NCBI GenBank assembly: GCA_016840405.1
Contig: JAEOSK010000007.1
Coordinates: 1 to 64,000, forward strand
From: Candidatus Hermodarchaeum yapensis
GTDB lineage: Archaea > Asgardarchaeota > Hermodarchaeia > Hermodarchaeales > Hermodarchaeaceae
Length of the DNA stretch: 64,000 bases
Direction of reading: 5' to 3'
Shown: one piece after another, positions 1-9,848 of the stretch
Layout of the letters: every line of letters starts with the position of its first letter
Position numbering within the stretch: the stretch's first letter is position 1
Translations under genes and position numbers: made by a program
Notes under the pieces: model-generated
Told to the model about the DNA's origin: nothing
Database searches by the model: none
Seen by the model: the letters and a program-made list of their open reading frames with translations, nothing else

Positions 1-772
1 CAGTAAAGGCTTAGTCAGTGTTGTCCTCGCTGAAGCCCTTGGTATTTACGGGCTATTACTAGCATTCATGTTAATCATGAGTGCTGACTCTCCGACCATT
101 ACAACAGGCCAAGGTTTGCTAGCAATCGGGTCGGGCATTGCAATCGGTGTTGCTTGTATCGGTGCTGGTTTTGGTATCGCGTATGCCGGTGAATCGTTGA
201 GCGAGACAATTGCAGATCGCCCAGAAACATTCAGTAAAGGCTTGGTCTCTGTGGTGCTGGCTGAGGCCTTAGGGATTTACGGATTGTTGATTGGATTCAT
301 GACAGTAATGTCAATTGAAACAGCAACCGGTGATGCACAAGGATGGCTGGCAATTGCCGCAGGATTGTCAATTGCATTGGCAGCTATCGGTGGCGGAATT
401 GGTATAGGTTTGTCCGGTGCAGCACTAAGTCGGAGCCTTAAGGCAGCACCCGAAACCTTCAGTAAAGGGCTCGTGAGCGTTGTCCTCGCTGAGGCTCTTG
501 GCATCTACGGTTTGCTAGCAAGTTTCATGTTAGTAATGAATATAGATTCCGTAGTGATTGGATCGGCGTGGATCGGCATAGCCGCGGCAGGCACAGTTGG
601 TCTAGGTTGCCTAGTTGCGGGTGTGGCAATCGGATGGGCTGGTAGCTCCATGGTAGGTGCCCTCGTGAACAAACCTGAAGTGTTCAGCAAATCTATGGTG
701 CCTGTTGTGCTAGCTGAAGCACTGGCTATCTATGCGTTGCTGGTGGCGTTTATGCTCATCATGCAGATTTAG
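1..772 (+). CDS. atpK: A/V-type ATP synthase rotor subunit K (c), multi-hairpin, 5' partial
   Basis: Frame is open from nt 2 (SKGLVSVVLAEALGIYGLL...). The motif PETFSKGLVSVVLAEALGIYGLL and variants recurs four times, each with the ion-binding Glu, between Gly/Ala-rich helices. Confidence 0.93.
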   Translation, partial: SKGLVSVVLAEALGIYGLLLAFMLIMSADSPTITTGQGLLAIGSGIAIGVACIGAGFGIAYAGESLSETIADRPETFSKGLVSVVLAEALGIYGLLIGFMTVMSIETATGDAQGWLAIAAGLSIALAAIGGGIGIGLSGAALSRSLKAAPETFSKGLVSVVLAEALGIYGLLASFMLVMNIDSVVIGSAWIGIAAAGTVGLGCLVAGVAIGWAGSSMVGALVNKPEVFSKSMVPVVLAEALAIYALLVAFMLIMQI

Positions 773-788
773 TTTTAGGTTTCTAGTT

Positions 789-1007
789 TCATCCTCGTGG
801 TATGACCAAAATGGGTGACTGGTAACAAAGGTAGACAATAATTGCAATGATGACTAACACGAATCCGATGAGGGTGAGAATTAGCCCGAGGATCAGTATT
901 GGTTGAGTTTGGAATCCAAGCCCTGCAAGAAGCGTTGCGAGAATTAAACAAACAAATCCAACTACTATGATTATTATTCCAGTTATTGCTCCCAGGGCTT
1001 TTCCCAT
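789..1007 (-). CDS. Small membrane protein (2 TM), hypothetical
   Basis: 72-aa ORF with two hydrophobic helices; GGAGGA upstream of the start. Confidence 0.6.
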   Translation of the reverse strand: MGKALGAITGIIIIVVGFVCLILATLLAGLGFQTQPILILGLILTLIGFVLVIIAIIVYLCYQSPILVIPRG

Positions 1008-1115
1008 TGGCTCATTCCTCCACTAGGTTCTGCTGAACCCTTTCTTCATTAACTTTCGCATCATAATTTCTACGAGAGTGTCAATTGTAATTGTGAAATT
1101 TGCTGAAGAGTTATA

Positions 1116-1514
1116 ATGGTAAGCAATCGTGTGTTGTTCTGGTGGACCTTGTTGACAAATGATGAATTATTTTCAGGCGCAAATGCCATTATCTCCATTA
1201 AAGCAACCAATGAAATTCGCGACGAGAGTGGTTTTAACACGTTAGAGAAGACAAAGGGCGAATTAGTCCTAACAGAGAAAGAATTTGTTTTCTTAGAGGT
1301 AAAAGGAACTTTCAAGAAAGAAAAGAAGCGTTTGCATGCTTCTCCTGTGGACAAATTAGTAGGCTACAGTTATGAGCGATGGAGTGGTGGACCAACTACT
1401 CTGTATTTAACCTTCGATAAGGAAACAGGTGGCACACAATATTTCATTTACATCTGTAGTAAAGGGGATTACGAGAAGTTCATCAGGAAAGTCAAAGAAC
1501 GACAGCTAATCTAA
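1116..1514 (+). CDS. Hypothetical protein, possible PH-like (GRAM/bPH) fold
   Basis: Pattern KGELVLTEKEFVF, further beta strands and a C-terminal helix. True start may be slightly downstream. Confidence 0.55.
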   Translation: MVSNRVLFWWTLLTNDELFSGANAIISIKATNEIRDESGFNTLEKTKGELVLTEKEFVFLEVKGTFKKEKKRLHASPVDKLVGYSYERWSGGPTTLYLTFDKETGGTQYFIYICSKGDYEKFIRKVKERQLI

Positions 1515-1538
1515 AACCAACATTTTAGTGACGATTTT

Positions 1539-2582
1539 TCATCCAATGTGGACGTTGCCTAGTTCAGAGCATAGTGTGTCATAATCCTGTTGGGTTTTCA
1601 CGAATACTCCGATATTTCCTACACGTAGGTTTGTGAGTCCTTGTTGTTGCATAGCTTGTGCGCTTTGCATCATTTCTTGAAGGGTAGGTGGTCGCACTTG
1701 GGAAAGTTGGTAAGTAGGAAAGAAGGCAAGAAGGGTTGTTGGTATACTAGGGTCGGTTTCGGCAATGTGTCGAGCAATGGCGGTGTGTTGGTCAGTTTCC
1801 ACCCATCCGGGGATATAGAGGGTGAGAAGTTCAAGCACGAAACCTGCATCGTAGCTTAATTGAACGGATTCTAAGACGGTTTGGTTTGATGTTCCACAGA
1901 GGTTCTTGTAAGTTTTGGGATCGTAGGCTTTGATATCAAGCCAGAAGGCATCTATGCCGCCGTCTTTGAGGATGTCCAGATTGTGGTTTGTTAGGGCGTA
2001 GCCATTGGTTTCGAGAAGTATCCACATATTTTGGCCTGCTGCTTCTTTGATTGCATGAGCAGCTTCAGCGTAATAGTCGGGTCGACAAGCAAGATCGCCA
2101 CCAGTAAAGGCAATGATGTTTCGCGCTGGACCGTACCCTTGGACAGATGATGTGATCTGAGTCGGGTCTAGTTCCTGTGGGCACTGAGGGGATTGCAGGC
2201 CGATGAGGCGGCAGAATCCACAATGTTTGCAGAGGGTTCCTGCGTGCCACATAGTTGCTCGCTCTCGAGGTTCCCAGACGGTAACTTCTTGCCGATAATC
2301 CTTGACAATAAGGGCTAAATCGGTTGTGGATAGCCACTCACCATTGGCGACCTTACTAAACTCGGCTGAGTGACACTTCAAACAAGTGTGATTACATCCA
2401 CTTTGGTAGACAGAAAAATAATCTTCAGGACGGCTCAGGTGCATTGATCTGATTAACCGTTCAAAGTTGCCTTCTTTGTTCTTTCGGAGGGTGGCCTGAC
2501 ACGCAGGTCGCTGTTGACCATTGAGGGTTTTAGTCAAGCAAGCTCCTTGTTCAAGCCCTTGCTCCTTGAGAGGACATTTCAT
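1539..2582 (-). CDS. Radical SAM protein (PFL-activase-like family)
   Basis: GCNHTCLKCHS (CX3CX2C), FTGGD, LETNG and DIKA motifs; extra Cys cluster. Confidence 0.88.
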   Translation of the reverse strand: MKCPLKEQGLEQGACLTKTLNGQQRPACQATLRKNKEGNFERLIRSMHLSRPEDYFSVYQSGCNHTCLKCHSAEFSKVANGEWLSTTDLALIVKDYRQEVTVWEPRERATMWHAGTLCKHCGFCRLIGLQSPQCPQELDPTQITSSVQGYGPARNIIAFTGGDLACRPDYYAEAAHAIKEAAGQNMWILLETNGYALTNHNLDILKDGGIDAFWLDIKAYDPKTYKNLCGTSNQTVLESVQLSYDAGFVLELLTLYIPGWVETDQHTAIARHIAETDPSIPTTLLAFFPTYQLSQVRPPTLQEMMQSAQAMQQQGLTNLRVGNIGVFVKTQQDYDTLCSELGNVHIG

Positions 2583-2703
2583 CCTATAGTAGCATGGTGT
2601 TCATCACTTTTGGATTATACGATTCTCGTTCCGATTTGTATGCAGGTAAATACGGAACTTATTTCCTTCCAAAAGTTGATGATTTGCCACGAGGTTATCA
2701 ACC

Positions 2704-3744
2704 ATGGTTGCTGAAGATCGTTACAGTCGCTTTCGTGTTCTTGAAGGGATTGGAACCTCTGGAATGCAGCGAATACGCCAAGCGCGGATTGCAGTTGTTG
2801 GGATTGGTGGGCTAGGCAGTGTCTCTGCACACCAGTTGACCTCTCTTGGTGTCGGTTTGGTTCGAATTGTTGATCGTGATATTGTCGAGGTATCCAATCT
2901 TCAGCGACAATTATTGTACACAGCCAATGATATCGGAACACCGAAAGTTGAGGTAGCGAGGAAGCGGTTGAACGAGTTGAATACCGATGTTACTGTTGAA
3001 GCCTTGGCACTTTCTGTAACCGATGCAACGGCAGATCGTGTTGTGGAGGGGATGGACATGGTGATTGATGGATTAGACAGTTTTAAGCCACGGTATGCTT
3101 TGAATCGGGCTTGCATTCGTCAAAAAGTACCCTATGTTTTTGCAGGAGCACTTTCAGCAGTGGGGAATATGACCACGATACTCCCTGGGAAAACAGCATG
3201 CTTAGAATGTGTTTTTAGTGGTATTGATGAGAATCAACCAACTTGCGCTACGGTTGGCATTTATCCGACGGTGTTGGGAGTGATTGCGAATCTTCAAGTT
3301 CAAGAAGCCCTTCGTATTATCCTTGGCAACACTCCGCTTCTTGCCAATCAACTTCTTATGTTCGACATTAACCGTTTTCAATTAGATCAGATTCCAATTA
3401 AGCAACATGAAAATTGCCCTGTATGTGGTTTAGAAGCAAGCATTCGTAAACCAGCAATTGAAGAAGTGATAGAAATAACAGAACTATGTACTGAGGAAAC
3501 ATTTCTCGTGCATTCAAATAATCCAGTCACCATTGATATAGATCGTGCAACAGAGATTCTTCACGAACAATTTCCTGTAATTGCCCAAAGTAAGCTGGGT
3601 GTTCAAATTCAATATTCTAAAGATGTGGAAGTAAGTATCGTCGGGGAAGGCAACATCATAGTCAAAGGAATTAAATCATCTAAAAAAGCTGAAACGATTT
3701 ATCACCAAATCCTTGCTAATTTAAATGATGCACTCATAGGTTAA
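2704..3744 (+). CDS. moeB: ThiF/MoeB/HesA family E1-like adenylyltransferase
   Basis: RYSR, VGIGGLG, DRDIVEVSNLQRQ, PGKTACLECVF and CPVCG motifs. Confidence 0.88.
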   Translation: MVAEDRYSRFRVLEGIGTSGMQRIRQARIAVVGIGGLGSVSAHQLTSLGVGLVRIVDRDIVEVSNLQRQLLYTANDIGTPKVEVARKRLNELNTDVTVEALALSVTDATADRVVEGMDMVIDGLDSFKPRYALNRACIRQKVPYVFAGALSAVGNMTTILPGKTACLECVFSGIDENQPTCATVGIYPTVLGVIANLQVQEALRIILGNTPLLANQLLMFDINRFQLDQIPIKQHENCPVCGLEASIRKPAIEEVIEITELCTEETFLVHSNNPVTIDIDRATEILHEQFPVIAQSKLGVQIQYSKDVEVSIVGEGNIIVKGIKSSKKAETIYHQILANLNDALIG

Positions 3745-3848
3745 TATTGACAAAAAAAAGAATGTGCAAATCTGGTACCACAAGATGTTCGGCAATCCAT
3801 TTAATTCAAAAAGGTGTGTCCAACAACACTCTGCCTAACCAAAAAAAT

Positions 3849-5297
3849 CTAGTATCCTTTTCGAGTGTGGATGAATTCTTTGTTTTCCTTCCAAAATGTC
3901 TGTGGATCACGTTGTTTACCATAACCGAGGATGTGGTCAAGTTTCACAAGGATGCGGTTTAGGAATGGAACGTGTTTGATGGCGAACCGGGCTAGACGAT
4001 GGGACCAGTGGCGATTTTTCGTGAAAGGACATGAGGTGATGCAAGTACTGCAATCGTTGCCGTTTTGGGTCCAGAAATGGTAGCAGGTTTCTACGTTTAT
4101 GTACCATTTCAGAATGCCTGGGTTGTTGGATTTGGTAGGACCTGACCATGAGGGGTAGTCTTCATAACTGATGGACTGTGATGGGCATGATTCTGCACAC
4201 CGTTTACATGTTCTGCAAAATTGAAGGACTCCGAATTTGATAGGCTTGTCAGAAACAAGTGGGAGATTGGTGAAAACCTTACAGATTCGCAGATTGGATC
4301 CAAACTCGGGGTTGATTAGAAGTCCATGTCGTCCATATTCACCGAGTCCTGCGTCGATAGCGAGTGGGATGCTCAAGCCAAGGTTGTTACCTGCGGGAAT
4401 AGCTTCAAAGCCTAGATTTCGGATAAATTCTGCCATGCAAGATTGAATGAATGCCATACGGGAATATCCGTTACCAGTCGCAAAGGAAGCTGGATATGCA
4501 GGGGATGTTTGAAGGGCTTCTAAGTCCATTTCGACCCCAATGACAATGGCGTGGGTGATTTTTTCAGGGATTTCCGTTGGTTGCCCTCGTTTATCATGAG
4601 AGTAGATCCAGTTTCTATTGAGCCTGCATACACCAACAACCGCTGCTCCATAGGCTTTCGCAACTTGTTTGATGATCTGAGTCATTTCTTTGGTGTCATA
4701 AATCGGGGCTTCATTAATTTCCGGTTGTGCTAACTCTGCATCAAACTTTGCTTCTGGCGAAGCCTTTAATTTGATCCACGAAAACGCTTCTCGAAAGTGG
4801 TCGTATACAGTCCATGCGCTGGAACTGAGAGCGGCATCAACCTTCGAATAGCCCGGTCGGTTTAACCGAAAAATGGCATTCTGATGGGAATAGATGCCGA
4901 CTTGGTAGTCTCGAAAATCGGGGTCATTCATCACTCGCGCAAAGATGGTGTTTTCTTCACGAAATTGTTGGAATACTTGGGAATCAACAACATAGGGACT
5001 TTTGATCCAGTCTTTGAGATTTTTAACTGGTTCTTGTACCTGTGGTTTTCTAGATTTTGAAATGTCTTCAGATAACGAAATAGCATTTAGCGGGCACGCA
5101 GTGATACAGTTTTCACAAATGGTGCAAAAATCCAGTCTAATTTTTGGTTTCCCAGTCCTTTTTGAGATGTATATTGGTGAAGGGCTGCTTTTCTGGCGTT
5201 GGATAGGACAGACTTCAATACATTCCTGATGACACTTTGTTGGGTCACAGACCGTATCATCGATATAGAGGAAATCTTGGTTATGCGGTGTCTTCGT
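3849..5297 (-). CDS. rdhA: Reductive dehalogenase (cobalamin, 2x[4Fe-4S]) with extra N-terminal RLI-type FeS domain
   Basis: AIDAGLGEYGRHG, KVFTNLPL..DKPI.FG, FCRTCKRCAESCP and DCSTCITSCPF motifs. The frame stays open from the track start at 4934 up to 5303 and encodes CDPTKCHQECIEVCP...CTICENCITACP. The ACG start at 5297 is inferred. Confidence 0.82.
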   Translation of the reverse strand, partial: TKTPHNQDFLYIDDTVCDPTKCHQECIEVCPIQRQKSSPSPIYISKRTGKPKIRLDFCTICENCITACPLNAISLSEDISKSRKPQVQEPVKNLKDWIKSPYVVDSQVFQQFREENTIFARVMNDPDFRDYQVGIYSHQNAIFRLNRPGYSKVDAALSSSAWTVYDHFREAFSWIKLKASPEAKFDAELAQPEINEAPIYDTKEMTQIIKQVAKAYGAAVVGVCRLNRNWIYSHDKRGQPTEIPEKITHAIVIGVEMDLEALQTSPAYPASFATGNGYSRMAFIQSCMAEFIRNLGFEAIPAGNNLGLSIPLAIDAGLGEYGRHGLLINPEFGSNLRICKVFTNLPLVSDKPIKFGVLQFCRTCKRCAESCPSQSISYEDYPSWSGPTKSNNPGILKWYINVETCYHFWTQNGNDCSTCITSCPFTKNRHWSHRLARFAIKHVPFLNRILVKLDHILGYGKQRDPQTFWKENKEFIHTRKGY

Positions 5298-5321
5298 TTT
5301 CTGTCACGTCCATTTGTTTTG

Positions 5322-5732
5322 TTACTCTGAGTCAGAATCTTCTGCCTCTAGTTCAGCATGATAGCTAGTCTGGGCTTGAACGGTAGCAAATGGGTTAAGA
5401 CGCACAACCGTTAGTTCTTCAGTTGAATTGGTTTCTTCTGTTTGTTTTTCATGGAGTACCAAATATACATCAACCTGTTCTTTAACCGCTATGTAGGCCA
5501 TTCGTTTGTCGAGTGTGAGTAACGCGTATCCGTGTTGTTTTGCATAGGCGATTACTTGTTCATCGGGTTGTCCTAAAAGTTCAGGAATTTCATGGACCGA
5601 ATGGATAGTCCACTTACGTTGTTCAAGGAGAAGGCGTAATTGTCCACTCAACGTTTTTGGTGACATGCTTAGGTTTTCATCAAAAAGGAGTTCTTTATTA
5701 CCCATACTTGAGCAAACCTTGGTTTCACCCAT
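5322..5732 (-). CDS. PIN-like domain protein (DUF5615/Mut7-C-like)
   Basis: LLFDENL...G.PDEQVIAYA...LLTLDK pattern. Confidence 0.75.
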   Translation of the reverse strand: MGETKVCSSMGNKELLFDENLSMSPKTLSGQLRLLLEQRKWTIHSVHEIPELLGQPDEQVIAYAKQHGYALLTLDKRMAYIAVKEQVDVYLVLHEKQTEETNSTEELTVVRLNPFATVQAQTSYHAELEAEDSDSE

Positions 5733-5779
5733 TAAGTCTTACTATGAGAATGAACTCTAAGGTTTTGGATTTTTTCGTG

Positions 5780-6829
5780 TTAGAGTATGAGAGCTCGTTG
5801 AATGATGTTCGGTTCAAGTTTATCGGCTTTCCCATTCATGAGGGCTTTGAGGTTGAGGGTTTCGTACCATTTGAGGTTGAGGAAGCCTAAGACGATGCCA
5901 AAGTGGAAGGGATATCCGAGGAGAGCGTCAGAGCTGTCGGTACGGATTTGCTTATGGAAGGTATGTTCAAAACTGTATAAGCTTTCATACTGTTGGTAGA
6001 CTTCCCAGGCCTGAGAAATCATTGTTTTATATGGACTTTCTTGGAGTTTCTTGACACGTTCCTCAAAGCTTCGCGCGTGTAGGGCTTCTTTACAAAGGGC
6101 TCGGGGTAATCGAAATTCAGCGTTAAGTAACAGGGTTTCAGCGTCAGTTGGTGATATTCCAAGAAAGTGGGTGCGAAGAGAGGTCATGAAGTTGACAAGA
6201 TCGATTTCAACACCTGTCAGCTTGGAGGTGACTTCCTGGTCTTGCCCTTTCAATTTTCTTGCTTCACTGTGAAGGTTTTCAAGGATGTTAGCATCAATTG
6301 TTTGTTCCACTATAACGAGGCGTCCAGTTTCTTCATATTGTGGAATTAAACTCTCAAGAAGGCGCCTGAAGTATTGGTCTGGAATTTTTGATATAAACTC
6401 ATTCAGGTCCTTGGAATTTAACAGGTCTAGAAGAACTCTTGTGGTGAAGGGCTCGATTGGTACAAGTAGACGTTCGACAAGACTTTGGTCTTTTTCAGTT
6501 ACATAAAGTCGAAGAATGGGTTTGACGACCTCGCGTTGGAATTTTCGGGTAATCCAGTTCATGATTGATTGCATGGACTTGGGGGCGTCGGATTGGATTT
6601 CGGATAATACGCGGTTGAAATCTAACTTGAGTGCTTGCTCAACTTCGAGGGGAGTGGCGGATTCATCAAAATCCTTTGCAATCTCACCATAGCTCGTGGC
6701 ATCTAACACACGTAAGGCCGCATACATATCCCGAGCACCTAGCAGGGCGTCCCACTGCTCTGGTGTGAGCATATCTGATTTGAATCCCCGGATTTTTGCG
6801 TTAATGTAACTATACCGTGCGACCGACAT
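5780..6829 (-). CDS. atpC: A/V-type ATP synthase subunit C (AC39/d family)
   Basis: YSYINAKIRG.KS.ML N-terminus, EIDLVN motif, C-terminal LGFL.LKWYE..NL; 349 aa. Confidence 0.9.
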   Translation of the reverse strand: MSVARYSYINAKIRGFKSDMLTPEQWDALLGARDMYAALRVLDATSYGEIAKDFDESATPLEVEQALKLDFNRVLSEIQSDAPKSMQSIMNWITRKFQREVVKPILRLYVTEKDQSLVERLLVPIEPFTTRVLLDLLNSKDLNEFISKIPDQYFRRLLESLIPQYEETGRLVIVEQTIDANILENLHSEARKLKGQDQEVTSKLTGVEIDLVNFMTSLRTHFLGISPTDAETLLLNAEFRLPRALCKEALHARSFEERVKKLQESPYKTMISQAWEVYQQYESLYSFEHTFHKQIRTDSSDALLGYPFHFGIVLGFLNLKWYETLNLKALMNGKADKLEPNIIQRALIL

Positions 6830-6875
6830 CGTTTCCTACCTTCTACTTTCTTTTTGATAAGCCTTCTTCTTATTT

Positions 6876-7118
6876 TTAGGCTATTTCCTTCCTCCGACCA
6901 AACATCCCTGCCAAGTAAAAGAGGGTACAAAACATCATAATTGTACCAATCAATGCACCAATCAGAGCTCCGATATATTGACCATTTGGTCCCCAAATAT
7001 AAGGTCCAATAATCCAACCGACCAAGGCAAAAATGAGAATTTCACAAGCGATTGAAGTATATCGAAAAACTCGACCCGAAGAAATAGGGGCTTCACCACT
7101 CATTCCAGTCACCAACAT
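6876..7118 (-). CDS. AtpZ/AtpI-like (ATPase gene 1) small membrane protein
   Basis: Two TM helices with G-W-x-x-G and GALIG patterns, directly upstream of atpC. Confidence 0.6.
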   Translation of the reverse strand: MLVTGMSGEAPISSGRVFRYTSIACEILIFALVGWIIGPYIWGPNGQYIGALIGALIGTIMMFCTLFYLAGMFGRRKEIA

Positions 7119-7244
7119 TTTTTTCCAGTATTTTCGAGGTTAAAGTAAATCCCATCATTTACTTTTCTTCGAGTCGCTAGTAAAGGACATCTTCTCTTAA
7201 GGTTTCGGCTTATTATCAAGTGGAAACGAAATTTAACTATTTGT

Positions 7245-8669
7245 CGAGAAGTCCCAGTCGTTCACAGCGGAGAGGAATCGACCCGTTAGTTATCCGCACC
7301 CCTCCCACAGACTGAAAAAACACAAAGGTCCACCTAGCCTCAGCATGACGTCAATGCTGCTCACCCTCAAAATCCGCATCGCCCCCACAACGGCACAAAT
7401 CCAAGTCCTGTGGGCCCTATCTGAAAAATGCCGCCTCCTCTATAACTAAGCCCTAGCAGAACGCCGCCACCAGTGGGCCAGGACTCGTACACAGCCAACC
7501 CGCACGCATTCCCCTATCACCTACACACACCAACAAAACGCCCTCCCCGCCCTCAAGGCCCAGTATCCTGAATACACCTGGGTCTACTCCAAGGTCTTGC
7601 AAATGGTGTTACGCCGCTTGGATGCCGACTACAAGTCCTTCTTCGCTCGGTGGCGCCGGGGCGACACCCAGGCCCGACTACCTCACTTCAAAGGTAGACA
7701 CTACTTTACAACCCTGTGCTACAATCAATCCGATTTCACCCTAGACATCGAGCACCAACGGATTCGCTTCGCCCATCACCACCCCTCGGGGATTGAGCTG
7801 GTGTTTGTGTTGCCTTGGCTACCACAAATAAAGGATCGGATCAAACAAGTGGACCTGTTTCAGGATCGACAACGACGATGGTTCGTAGCTATAACCTATG
7901 AGGCAGCGGTCCTCCCGTATGAGGACAATGGTTGGTATCAGGCAATGGACCTTGGGGTGATCAACTTGGTCACTGCGGTGAACTCACAAGGAAAATTTGT
8001 CCAAATGCGTAATCGTCGCCCCGACCTGTACTGGAAGAAAAAGTTACAGGCCGTGCAATCGCGCCGCGATCATTGTCGAATGCAAAGTAATCGGTGGTGG
8101 TTTTATCATCGAAAGTGGCAGAAGATGCGACACAAGCTAACCAACTAGCTACGGGATTTCCAGCATAAGGTGTCAAAGGTGGTGGTAACGCATACCCGGG
8201 CCAACACACTCATCGTGGGTGATCTCGCGGTGAAAAGCATGGCGCAGAAAAAACGGAATTCGGGGTGTCGGCAGCAGGACGCTGCGAATCGCACGTTGAA
8301 TCATTCATTGCAGAACACCGGCTTCCTGGGGCGGTTCGTCCAATTTTTGACCTACAAAGCCAAGAAAGTAGGGAAAAGAGTGATAAGAATTGACGAGGCG
8401 TAAACGACCAAACGGTGTTGTGTATGTGGCACGGTTCGAGTTCGGCGGTTATCCGAACGCACTATTCAATGCACTTGTGGAACGCCCTTCGACCGGGATC
8501 AGAATGCGGCGGTCAACATCATGGTGCGGTTCCTATTGCAGCAACCCCCAGTGAACGGGGAGCCATTACAAGCTTTCTTGCAAGGCTTACATCGACACAC
8601 AGCCCTCCCCCACGTTCCCCGGGGAGTGGACACGATGGAAACCCCTGCATGAATGCAGGGGTAGTTCAC
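7245..8669 (+). mobile_element. IS200/IS605-family, tnpB-only (IS1341-like) element
   Basis: Left end CGAGAA...GAATCG. Right end has a perfect hairpin ACCCCTGCAT-GA-ATGCAGGGGT followed by AGTTCAC. Encloses tnpB; no tnpA. Confidence 0.88.
7345..8652 (+). pseudogene. tnpB: TnpB RNA-guided nuclease pseudogene
   Basis: One reading frame with an HTH-type N-terminus (LTLKIRIAPT..Q), MDLGV, VGDL, Zn finger CCVC..CTC and DRDQNAAVNI. In-frame stops at 7447 (TAA), 8146 (TAG) and 8401 (TAA). Confidence 0.92.
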
Positions 8670-8743
8670 CTGATAATAAGGCTTATTAGGAAAGGTCATC
8701 GTTGAAAGGCGAATAACGACTTGATAATTTACCTAAATTCTCG

Positions 8744-9076
8744 GTGTTTACGATGAGCAAGGTCTTAACGGATATTCAAAAGTCTGAAGCTGAAGCTGAA
8801 AAAATTATCGAGGAGGCTCGGGCCAAGGCTGAACAGATTCAACGTCAAGCTGAGCGAGAAGCTCGGGAAACGGAGCCTAAGGTGCGACAAGAATTAACGG
8901 AAGAAATTGCACTTATCCAAAAAGACGTTGAGAGCAAGGCGAAAACGAAAGCTCGACAAATAATTTCCAAAGCAGAAAAAGAAGCCGCTACCTTAGAAGA
9001 GGCAAGTGCGAAGAATATGAAAAAGACAGTCGACTTGATTGTCAGTGGTGTGTATGAATACGGGGGTGCGAGTTAA
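8744..9076 (+). CDS. atpH: A/V-type ATP synthase subunit H/G (peripheral stalk)
   Basis: Charged coiled coil (I.KSEAEAEKIIEEA); its stop overlaps the subunit E start (TAATG). Confidence 0.8.
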   Translation: MFTMSKVLTDIQKSEAEAEKIIEEARAKAEQIQRQAEREARETEPKVRQELTEEIALIQKDVESKAKTKARQIISKAEKEAATLEEASAKNMKKTVDLIVSGVYEYGGAS

Positions 9077-9717
9077 TGAGTAAGGGATCCGCGGCTGATA
9101 TGGTTCAAAAAACAATTATCGACGACGCAAAGGCTGAAGCGAAACGTATTGTCGATGAAGCTGAAGTGGCTGGTCGCCAACGCACCGAGGAAGCCTTAGA
9201 GAATGCCCGTACCAATCTCACGGGTTGGGCAGACCGACGACGTCAAATGGCTCAAGATTCAGGCGACCGAATCCTTGGCAAAGCTCAAAATGATGCACAC
9301 ATGAAAATCTTGGAAGCCAAGGCAAAGATAATTGATGGGGCTTTCGTCCATGCACGAAAGCAATTTGAAAAAGAAAGGAGTCAAGCCAGGTATAAGACCT
9401 TCCTGAAGAACCTGATAATTAATGCAGGAACACAGATTGGCGGTGGCGATATTGTGGTGCTGGCTAGAAAGGAGGATCAGGCTCTCGTTTCTAAGATGAC
9501 TGGTCTCGCTACTACAATCTCTAAGGCAGCTGGTCAGAGTGCAAAAGTCTCTGTGGGTAAGACACCGATGGACCTCATTGGCGGTGTATTTGTCCAAAAC
9601 AAAGAGGGCAATATCACGGTGGATTATCGGATTGACACTTTACTTGGACAAGTGGGAACCCAAAAGCGTAACGAGATTGCCAAGGCGCTCTTTGGTGAAG
9701 AAGCTAAAACGGAATAA
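9076..9717 (+). CDS. atpE: A/V-type ATP synthase subunit E
   Basis: N-terminal coiled coil; C-terminal IGGVFV..KEG.ITVD.R...EIAKALF. Confidence 0.9.
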   Translation: MSKGSAADMVQKTIIDDAKAEAKRIVDEAEVAGRQRTEEALENARTNLTGWADRRRQMAQDSGDRILGKAQNDAHMKILEAKAKIIDGAFVHARKQFEKERSQARYKTFLKNLIINAGTQIGGGDIVVLARKEDQALVSKMTGLATTISKAAGQSAKVSVGKTPMDLIGGVFVQNKEGNITVDYRIDTLLGQVGTQKRNEIAKALFGEEAKTE

Positions 9718-9848
9718 ATGGTAAATGCACATGATTCTTTTTTGAGTCAATCTACAAATTTTTGTAACACACAATTATAAATAAATGAGACGCGCTTGAA
9801 GCTTAAACTAAAACGTGTGTTGGTACATCGTTATATGAATAGACGGAC

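Noticed and set aside
7597-8705. Separate ORFs at 7597, 8170 and 8415
   Set aside because: The first two are fragments of one tnpB pseudogene, and the third is an off-frame overlap.
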